Assembly: GCA_043228905.1 (NCBI GenBank)
Contig: JBHGNT010000036.1
Location: forward strand, 186,001 to 250,000
Length of the DNA stretch: 64,000 nt
Source of the DNA: Azolla caroliniana
Lineage: Eukaryota; Plantae; Polypodiophyta
Direction of reading: 5' to 3'
Below are positions 1 to 9,391 of this stretch, piece after piece. The notes under the pieces are model-generated. The model did not search any database and was not told where the DNA came from. It saw only the letters and a program-made list of their open reading frames with translations. How positions within the stretch are numbered: position 1 is the first letter of the stretch; every line of letters begins with the position of its first letter. The translations under genes were made by a program, and so were the position numbers.

Positions 1-83
1 GAAGTTCAAAATTTACCAAACTACCCCTAAGTCCAAAAAATACACTTTATAAAGTAATTATACACTCAAATCTACAACCCCCA
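1..83. mobile_element. Outer part of the left TIR of a non-autonomous Mutator-like/foldback DNA element (begins before the window)
   Basis: 1-83 joined to 12757-12872 is the reverse complement of about 13124-13320, so the copia element split the left arm. Confidence 0.8.
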
Positions 84-479
84 TGTTGAGAGAAAAGCTC
101 AACATTCGGTGCGTAATCGGGTGCGTAACCCAATGCGTAAACTGGGTGCGTAGAACCATGCGCACAATAGGCCGTAGCGGTGTGTAAACCGCGAGGCCGT
201 TGGAAAGATATTCCGCGTAAGGAATAATTTTGGGAGTTAGTGGAGTAGGATCATTTATGAGCAGTCAAGTATTGTCAGTAATTGTGTCAGCTCGATAGTC
301 AGGGCTTGTATAAAAGGTGCTCATTGAGCACGAAGTTTACATAGAGCGTCATTATTTTTGAAATATAATTGAGTTTTCTGCTCTCTTTCTCTGTCTCTCC
401 ATCTCCATCTCCATCTCTGTGTTTTCTGTTGTTTTTCAAAACTACGTACTCTGTGTTTCTCATACGCTATTCTTTTACA
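84..479 (+). repeat. 5' LTR of copia copy A
   Basis: TGTTGAG...TTTACA; direct repeat of 12343-12756; TATAAAA at about 309. Confidence 0.95.
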
Positions 480-491
480 TGATATCAAAGT
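480..491 (+). promoter_or_regulatory. Degenerate primer-binding site (tRNA-iMet)
   Basis: TGATATCAAAGT versus the intact TGGTATCAGAGC in sister copy B (43222-43233). Confidence 0.85.
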
Positions 492-602
492 GCGAGGGTT
501 GAAGTCCTCTGCAGCCGACAAGAAAAGCTTTCGACACACCAGAGTTGAAGTTGTTCTTCATTTTTGTTTCGAAAAGAAAAAGACAACAATATGGATAGAG
601 GC

Positions 603-2484
603 ATGGGAAGATTGCTACCGATCGAGAAGCTCGATAGGAGCAACTACACGTCTTGGTCGTACAAGATGCACCAATACCTGCTTGGCCATGGCTACTGGAA
701 TTATGTCGAAGGAGCTAATGATGTAGCACCCGATTCGACACACAGAGATTTTTCGGCTTGGGAACAAGCGGCAAGCAAATTTCTCTACTGCTTTGCATCC
801 TATGTGAGCGACCAACTATTGAGCTATATTCGGGAGGCTAAGACGCCAAAGGACGCGTGGGTGAATCTCAAAAAGCTTTTCACGGCAAGCACAACGGCCA
901 GGAAGCTACATCTCAGACAAGAGCTCAGCAATGTCCGACAAAAAGATCTGTCTGTGGCCAATTATATGGCCCGAATCAAGGAAATCTACGACTCTCTCGC
1001 CTCCGTCAACGTGAACGTCAAGGAGGATGAAATGGTGCAGGTTTGTCTTGGTGGGCTAGTGTCCAGGTTCGGAGCTTTCCGAACGGCGGTCTGCATGAGG
1101 GAGAATACGCCTTTGTTTTTCGAGCTTCAAATGATGTTGCTCGTAGAGGAAAGCCACGCGGGTGCGCCGACGAGTATGCATGCCGACGGCAAGATGTTGT
1201 ACACGGAGGAAGATAGGCCCCGTGGTCGTGGTGGACGAGGTGGATCGGCACGCAATGGAGGCGGCCGACAAGAGCAGTACAGGCAGCATAATTGAAATGC
1301 CGATAGTAGTTCCGGACCCTCCACAAGCAGGGGGAGTCATGGCGGCGCCAGAAGCCGGCAAGAGAAGGCCGCGTCGGAATACTGGTACTGTGGCAAGAAA
1401 GGCCACAAGGAGAGCGAGTGCTGGAAAAAGAGAGCCAATTCGGACAAAGCCGGTTTGAGTCGAAGAGATGCAGAGAGGCGTCAGAGATCGCACTACGCCG
1501 AAGGCTCTGAACGAGCCGAAAACAAATCGGGCCCAACCTTCGTAATGAAGCATAAGGCCAATTTTATGGCCGTGAACACCTCGAAATTGAGCGAGGTGTG
1601 GTATGTTGATTCCGGAGTGTCAAATCATATGACAAGTCAGGAGGAATGGTTCTTGTACTTTGAGAAACTGGAATCGCAAGGAGTGGTCGAAACGGGGGAC
1701 GACACTCTCCATACCATCAAACATGTCGGTGAAGTTCCCCTCAGCCATGTCGAACAGAAAGGGAAACTCATGAATGTGTTCCATGTCCCGACAATAACGA
1801 AGAACCTAGTGTCAGTCGGTCAGATCGTCGACCAGGGAATGCAGGTTCGATTCACACATCTTGGCTACTTCATAGAAGAGGAAGGCAAAGTAATCGCGCA
1901 AGGGCGCCGTGAAGGGAGGATGTTTATCCTCGACGCTAATCAAGTCGGAACTGCATTGTACGTGAAAGGACAAAAGGTCGAATCAGATATTGACCTGTGG
2001 CACAAGCAGTTCGGCCATGTAAATTTTCCATGGCTTCGTGAGATGTAGATGAAAAACATTGTCTTCGGCTTGCCGAAATTTCGGGGCCATAATGGCCAAG
2101 TCTGCGAAGCCTATTAGATGGAAAACAACACCGACTTCCATTCCCCAATGAGCGTAATCGTAGTCAAAGTCCGCTGGATTTTATCCATTCGGATGTGTGG
2201 GGTTCAACACAGAACGTGAGTCTCGGTGGAAGCTGTTACTTTGTAACCTTCATCGATGACTTCACTCGGCACACGTGGGCATGCATGATTGAGAAGAAGA
2301 GCGAAGAATTTGCATGTTTCGTGAAGGTGAAGAGCCTTGCGGAAAGGGAAACGAGGCATAAGATCAAATGCCTACGGTCCGATGGTGAGAAGGAGTACTT
2401 CTCCGACTAGTTCACAAGTTATCTACAGAAGGCGGGAATTTGACGCGAATTCTCATGTAGATACACGCCGTAGCAGAACGGCGT
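603..2484 (+). pseudogene. copia A gag-protease-integrase (5' part), with stops and frameshifts
   Basis: LPIEKL..NY.SW gag start, degenerate zinc knuckle, protease WYVDSGVSNHM, LWHKQFGH, integrase FIDDFTR and LRSDG. Confidence 0.95.
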
Positions 2485-3532
2485 TGTCGTGAAGATCCGT
2501 CACTACGCGCGGATCGTGAGGCGGAACCGCCGGGGTTCTGGACCAGAAGGATTTAGAGTCGATACAAGCTTTGGCGAGAAAGTACTTAAGATAGATTGGG
2601 AAAGAGAGAAGTTGAGATTACACGATTGAGAGAGATTGATTGAACTTTTAACTTTAGATTTAAGAAACAAGTTACACGATCAATTTGATAACGAATTTCT
2701 TCCTCTTAATTTTCATAAAAAAACCGTGTTTTTTCTCCTCCCCCTTCCCTCTTTTATAGATGCTCTCATGCATATGATGCATGTGAGGGTACAAGACATG
2801 CATAAATTGCATTTTTGCCACTTGGCGCTTATGTATTACATGTGGTGCATGATAACCATGTCACACATTTTAGTTCTCATGTATGAGAATTTACATGTAA
2901 AAGTACAATGATAATATAATTTCAACTAAATAGCATGGCTTAATGGTAAGCCAATTGACTCTTAACTTGGAGGTGCAAGGTTCGAATCCTTACTTGCCCT
3001 CCTTGTATATGTAAATATGTATATATGTTTATATATTTATTTATCTAGTCGCCGGACGCCGGATACCGGTGCCGCCGTCGGTTACCGGTGCCTCGCCGAA
3101 TATAGGTGCCGGATGCCGTCGGATCATCGGCTCCATCGCCGGTCCGGTTTTGGTTGGCCAAAACCCTTTACGAGTAGTTAGCCCACCTCCACTCTTAGTT
3201 CAAGTTACCTTAAACTCTCTATGCTCCACACATAGACACAAAGATAATATCTTTTGCTCCAACTTATATATGATGAGAGTTGTATTTGTCGTGCCTATGT
3301 GGGATATCTCACAATTTTTCTCCTTTCCTTTTACAAACTTTATACCCTTATATCTTGACATTTAGTTGTTCGTTTCTCATGTAATAAAGTGAATTCGAAA
3401 CCTCTATCATTTTGTACTTAGATATTAAATCTATTTAAAATGTTATCTTCACAATTATTGTACTATGTGATTCATACTCGATTTCGTACGTTTTATGGGA
3501 TTTTCACACTATTGCCGAAAATCTTCACGACA
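2485..3532 (-). repeat. 3' LTR of the gypsy element
   Basis: Direct repeat of 8376-9387; G-rich PPT-like tract (GGTTTGGTGGGGGTGGA on minus) abuts at 3533-3549. Confidence 0.95.
2929..3000 (+). ncRNA. tRNA-derived Pol III cassette (tRNA-Lys CTT-like) inside the gypsy 3' LTR
   Basis: A box TGGCTTAATGG (2936-2946), D-stem GCTT/AAGC, CTCTTAA loop, B box GGTTCGAATCC (2979-2989); acceptor and anticodon stems not intact. Confidence 0.7.
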
Positions 3533-3604
3533 TCCACCCCCACCAAACCGCACGTCCTCCGGTACGTGCCAAGAAGAGAAGAAGTGAGATTTCGGCTACG
3601 ATGA

Positions 3605-6113
3605 TCAATTAGATTCCTCTATGTCTTCATTTTCATCCGGCCTATTATGTTCATCGTCGAGGTAATCGAGGTCAGGATCCTTGTCTTGTCTTTTCTTGAA
3701 AATCTTTACTCTTTTTCCCACAATGGGTACGACCAACCTTGATCCGTCTAGTTCCGCAAGGTGGTATGTGGCATTATCGTTGGCACTTGTCACCACATAC
3801 GACCCGAACCATCTTCTTGCGAACTTCCTTGTTGTACTGTGTTGATTGTCAAGGGTGGTGCTGTCGTAAACCAAAACCCAATCCCCTTCTTATTTCTTCT
3901 TGGGACGAAGTCAATGCGTGTTGTCGAACCGAACTTTGTTCTTTACTCGGGCTCCCTTCATCATCTTTCGCGCTTTTTCTAAATCTTCAGGTCTTCTATC
4001 AAGTTGCCTTATCTGCGCTGCTAATAACTCTTCTCGGCTCATCTCGTTCTCCCACGGTATCGCTACCCATGAGGCGATCGTCCTTTCGATGGGCATAATC
4101 GGCTTTTGTCCATACATAAGCTCCGTCGGCATATACCCTGTCACCGAGCTATGTGTCGTTCTATCGGCCCACAAGGCATAGGGTAATAGTCGTGGCCAAT
4201 TCTCGACTCGACCGTTGCATGCCCGTACGATGGCTTTAACGATAGGTCCATGCCCTCGCTCGATCTTCCCATTTGCTTCCGGATTGTAGGCAGTCGTGAG
4301 GGAGAGCTTCACGCCTAGTCTTTCGAAGAGCTCCGTCGCTTCGTGCGCGTCCAACTCCCCTCGGTCGGCCACTATCTTCCCTACACATCCATATCGGCAA
4401 ACAACATCTTCAAGTAAAAATTTACAAACGGCTGAAGTCGTCTTATTTGTCAAGGCTCGTCCTTCCACTTGATTTGTCAAGTCTTTCCTTGCCAGAGCTA
4501 AGTACTTCATTTGTCCCACTCCCATTGGCATCGAGACCAGATCCACCATCCATTTGAAGTGAATGGTGAGTGGGTATGTCGGCTTTAACTCATCACGATG
4601 ACGTATATTTGAATATATTTGGCAAGTTTCACATGTGGACACGAAATGGAGTACATCTTTGTACATGCTTGGCCACCAGTACTTCTCCTTCAATTTTTTG
4701 AACGTCGCCCATGTTCCTCTATGACCTGCCCAAGCACTCTCGTGGAATTCGGTCATCAGCGTCTCTTGCTCTTCTTTCTTTACCACCACTCGACGTGGTA
4801 TTCCTATCCTTCTTTTTGGATGTCGCCAAAGGAATCCTCCCTTCAAGAAGTATCGGTAAGCTTTCTTTCGGATTCGTAGGGCCTCCTCCTTTGTCAACGA
4901 AGCATCTGTCGTCAATGTTCTTAGGAATCTACCGATGAGTAACCATTCTCCTTCGTACTCGTTCTTGTTGAAGGCTTGGAGGGTTTGCGTGTCCTGGTCT
5001 TCCGCCGACAATCGAGCCATCTTGAAGAAGTCGAGGGCGACATCTTCATCTTCCGAAACCATGTTACTTCCATTTGAAAATCTTGCCGTCGACAGCATGT
5101 CAGCCATGGCGTTCTTCTTCCCTGCGATGTGACGGATCTATGGGTTTAAAGACTTGATGTAGGCGATCCACCTTAGCATAGCAAGATCTGGGGTCGCACA
5201 TCCCGAGACCATTCCGAGAACTGGGAGACAATCTGTCTCTATTATCACTTCTGACCCGATCAGGTAATCTTTGTCCGTCTTCACTGCCGACACAATACCC
5301 CAAAGTTCCCGCTTGACTTGGGCATATCTTTGGTGTCGTTCGCTGAGAACCTTTGCTCCGAACCGGACGGCATATCGCGCATTATCTTCACCTTCTTGAT
5401 TGATGACCCACCCGATTCCGGTTGGGCTCGTATCTACGGTCACGTAAATTGGTTTCCCTTCGGCATAGTCGGCCTTCCTTAGTGCCGGAGCTTCAAGAAG
5501 CAGTTTCTTTAATCTTCGCATCGCCTCTGTGTGCTCGTCTCGCCATTCGAACTTTATTCCTATCCAACTCGTAGCTTCCCCTTCGTCTCTTTGGTGAAGA
5601 CATGACCTATCTTCTTCGGATCTCTTAAGCTTGGATCGTTAGCGACTTCCTTCATCTTTTGCCAACTATCTTCCGGTAGCGGAACCGCAACTGGCTTGAT
5701 CTTCTTATCCACCGTTTTATATTTCATGTTGATGTCAGCTTCCTTCATCGAGATGCCACGACGGTATTCATCGATGATAGCGTACATGTTGACGGAGTTA
5801 ACCGAAATCACGCATTGGTTGTGAAGATAGCTCAAGTCCACGATGTCCTCGATTTCGCCGATGGTGTCGTTAAATGAGGCTTCTTCCATAATATGAGTCA
5901 CGAACTCCCCTTCTTCTATTATGTTCTCTTCTTTCAGCATCTTCTCGAATTCTTGTATCCGGTGCTTGTGCTTCTTGTCGGGCAGTACTAGTTTACATGC
6001 GCCACTAGGTGTGACACATGTTGCTTCTCCTTGCAATCCATGCACTCTTCTTTCTTGTGGGGTCCTATGATTGCTCGGACTATTTGTGCCCCATGCTTCA
6101 ATAGTCCGCTCTA
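3605..6113 (-). pseudogene. gypsy pol: pre-RT linker, RT thumb remnant, RNase H and integrase
   Basis: KYKTVDKKIKPV, FEW..H..A..LK..L..AP.L, RNase H VTVDTS..RELWG..ETDC, integrase HHCC and D-D-E, GPY/F-like RWFGSY; no YxDD RT core. Confidence 0.9.
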
Positions 6114-8306
6114 AAAATCCGAGAATTCGCCTCCGAGACTATCTCGATTCCTTTCATGATTGGCTCGCACCGTTAGGAATTGGACCGATCTTTGGTTGTC
6201 AAGACTCTTTATTCGTGCGAAGGCTGCTCCATTATCGAACACTCTGGTCTCCATCCGAGATGATGTGATATAAGGTTGCCCTAGGATGACAGGATGCGAC
6301 GCCGATTCTTGTACGAAGAAGTGTTGATCCATCTCCACAACCCCGATCGTGACTTTGACATTGGGACAAGCTCCGTACAAGTCCTCCATAGACTTTGTTG
6401 CCGCGCGAATCTTCCATCCGTGGTTTGTATTGATTGGCCATCTTCCCTTTTTGTAGAAGTCGGTTGACATGAGGTTGATCTCCGAGCCGTGGTCGATCAA
6501 GGCTACGACGGTCTCTTTCTTCTCCCCGATCTTCACCGGCGTCTCCGTTGTCGCTCGTGCCCAATGAGGTCGAGTGTAGTGGCTGTCCACCATATCTTCA
6601 TCGATTTCGTCTCTTGCCATCGTTATGGCATTCATTTTTGCTTTTTGCGGCTTCTCTTCTTCCTCGTCCGATTGTTGTCTCTTTCTCTTTACAAGGTCCA
6701 CGATCGTGTCATGGAACTCCTTCGTAATGCCAAGAAATTCCCTCAAGGAAAAAGTTACGTGGCTATCAAGAACTCGTTCTTCGAGAATCTTCTTTAGGTC
6801 CGTCGTCTGCTCTATGTCCGACCTTAGCTTATAGGTAGGTATAGTCCTTGTCCTCCAAGTGGGGTCTTCGACACCAACCTTCACGGGCCGAACCGTTTCT
6901 TCAACTCGTATGCTTGGCTCCTCTTTTCGGCTTGATTCTTGTTCCTCCGTTTGTAAAGGTCGACTCGTCTCCGTATCGTCCTTCTTTTTCGCGTTCCTTG
7001 TTTCATGTCTTTTTGATGGGCCTTGCTCTTCTATTCTCTTTCTCTTTTCTTCGACGAACACCTCGTGGTTGTCGCACATCACCTCTGCGAGTATGGTGTA
7101 GTCGTCCACCGGATCCGACCACCCGGTTATGCTTTGCACGTTTCGGTCCGCAAGCTCTACCTCGTTCGATGTGACTTTTCCCTTCTTCTCATATTCAAGA
7201 ACGGAAGTTCAAAACTTTGCTCCCGCTCTAGCAACTTCAGTCTTGTCTTTCCCGACTCTTATTCCGGCCGACGCAGCATAGTGCATCACATCCACATGAG
7301 TCGCATCGGCATCCTCCATAGATTTCTTCATTCCTCCTCTTCCGAAATTCACCCGTAGGGGTCTTCTAGTCTCGCTTGAGCAGATCATGTTGTCCTCTAT
7401 GTATACGATATTTTGTCGAATCGCCTCTCGAAGGCTCGCACAATCCCTTCTCATGTGGTCCATGCTATCGCACCACACGCATCTAAAGGGTTCTTTTCCT
7501 TTAGGGCCCCGACGAGTCATGTTGGCTAGCGTGACCTTCTCGAACTTCTTCGCTAGCTCTTCAATGATGTCGTCATCAATCTTCTTTTCTTCCACGTTAC
7601 TTTGTCTCAGCGGCTCAGCTACTTTCGGCGGTCTTGCTTTCTCTGTGGTAGTCGGTCCCGTCAAGTCGGTGTCATCAACCCATTGGCGACGCTTGTTGAG
7701 CCTATTGCATGCCCGCTTCACCGCGATCCAGTCCGCTACGAGCCCATTTGCTTGGGTATCATCTTCGAGAAGAGTCCCCAACTCCCGTCTATCCTTTATG
7801 TCCACGGCCTTCAAGAAGTACAAAGTCTTGTCCTCTTCAAGCAACACTTGGTCCGTATTGGGGAGACGACTAAACATCTGGTCGAATTCGTCGTACACCC
7901 TCGAGACGCTCATCTTCTTATTCTTCTTCTCTATCCACTTCATCAGGGCATGTCGAGTCATCCTCGTTGAGTCTTCAGTCACGAACTCCGCTAGTATCGT
8001 TTTCTCGAACTCGGACCATGTTGTCTTACCTTCTTGAAGCTCGATGACGCGTCTTTGGATGTTGTTGGCGACAACTCTCTTGAAGCTTGCGATTTGACGT
8101 GCCTCGGACACGTCCCTCTGATTCATCTCCCTTCTATATGCATCAAGGAACTTCGTAACGTTCCTTCCATCGAATTGGCCCTCGAGCTCTACGACACGAT
8201 CGACAACCTTCTCCACGCTCCCATCGTTGTCCCGAGATCTCATCATTTGCTCGACGATTAGCATCATCCTTTCGAGCTCTCCTGCTTGGTTGCTTGAGGA
8301 CGCCAT
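6111..8306 (-). pseudogene. gypsy gag-protease ORF (one in-frame TGA at 7209-7211)
   Basis: Zinc knuckle CVWCDSMDHMRRDC; aspartic protease ALIDHGSEINLM; the 8312-7209 and 7139-6111 ORFs share one frame. Confidence 0.9.
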
Positions 8307-8349
8307 CTCCAAGTATTAATCTCGACTTGATCCTTCCTATACCGCCTCT

Positions 8350-8367
8350 TTCACGTCGGGTTCACCA
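8350..8367 (-). promoter_or_regulatory. Primer-binding site complementary to tRNA-Trp
   Basis: Plus strand TTCACGTCGGGTTCACCA equals the recalled 3' 18 nt of plant cytosolic tRNA-Trp(CCA) including CCA; 8 nt from the LTR. Confidence 0.85.
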
Positions 8368-8375
8368 CTTAATTA

Positions 8376-9387
8376 TGTCGTGAAGATCCGTCACTACGCG
8401 CGGATCGTGAGGCGGAACCGCCGGGGTTCTGGACCAGAAGGATTTAGAGTCGATACAAGCTTTGGCGAGAAAGTACTTAAGATAGATTGGGAAAGAGAGA
8501 AGTTGAGATTACACGATTGAGAGAGATTGATTGAACTTTTAACTTTAGATTTAAGAAACAAGTTACACGATCAATTTGATAACGAATTTCTTCCTCTTAA
8601 TTTTAATAAAAAAACCCGTGTTTTTTCTCCTCCCCCTTCCCTCTTTTATAGATGCTCTCATGCATATGATGCATGTGAGGGTACAAGACATGCATAAATT
8701 GCATGTTTGCCATTTGGCGCTTATGTATTACATGTGGTGCATGATAACCATGTCACACATTTTAGTTCTCATGTATGAGAATTTACATGTAAAAGTACAA
8801 TGATAAAAATATAATTTCAACTAAATAGCATGGCTTAATGGTAAGCCAATTGACTCCTAACTTGGAGGTGCGAGGTTTGAATCCTTACTTGCCCTCCTTG
8901 TATATGTAAATATGTATATATATATTTATATATTTATTTATCTAGTCGCCGGACGCCGGTTCGCCTGATGCCGTCGGATCACCGGCTCCATCGCCGGTCC
9001 GGTTTTGATTGGCCAAAACCCTTTACGAGTAGCTAGCCCACCTCCACTCTTAGTTCAAGTTACCTCGAACTCTCTATGCTCCACACATAGACACAAAGAT
9101 AATATCTTTTGCTCCACCTTATATATGATGAGAGCTGTATTTGTCGTGCCTATGTGGGATATCTCACAATTTTTCTCCTTTCCTTTTACAAAATTTATAC
9201 CCTCATATCTTGACATTTAGTTGTCCGTTTCTCGTGTAATAAAGTGCATTCGAAACCTCTATCATTTTGTACTTAGATATTAAATCTATTTAAAATGTTA
9301 TCTTCACAATTATTGTACTACGTGATTCATACTCGATTTCGTACCTTTTATGGGATTTTCACACTATTGCCGAAAATCTTCACGACA
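8376..9387 (-). repeat. 5' LTR of the gypsy element
   Basis: Direct repeat of 2485-3532; minus-strand TATAAAAG at 8643-8650. Confidence 0.95.
8824..8895 (+). ncRNA. Second copy of the tRNA-derived cassette in the gypsy 5' LTR
   Basis: A box 8831-8841; B box GGTTTGAATCC (one change) 8874-8884. Confidence 0.65.
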
Positions 9388-9391
9388 GCGT

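Larger units (their letters stand above)
2485..9387 (-). mobile_element. Ty3/gypsy LTR retrotransposon (non-chromovirus), nested in copia A integrase, RT core deleted
   Basis: LTRs of about 1 kb with 12-bp terminal inverted repeats TGTCGTGAAGAT/ATCTTCACGACA; 4-bp TSD GCGT; order gag-PR-(RT)-RH-INT on the minus strand. Confidence 0.97.

Noticed and set aside
2636-3365. ORFs inside the gypsy LTRs, repeated at 8576-9220
   Set aside because: They repeat only because the LTRs do. Starts differ between copies and there are no domains.
7209-7211. Programmed stop readthrough between gag and protease in the gypsy element
   Set aside because: A TGG>TGA decay mutation is simpler. The element has other stops and there is no recognisable readthrough context.
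7387-8037. Long antisense ORFs over the gypsy gag and over copia B (for example 44193-44717 and 47484-47960)
   Set aside because: These are shadow frames of real coding strands, with no motifs and no conservation between copia A and B.
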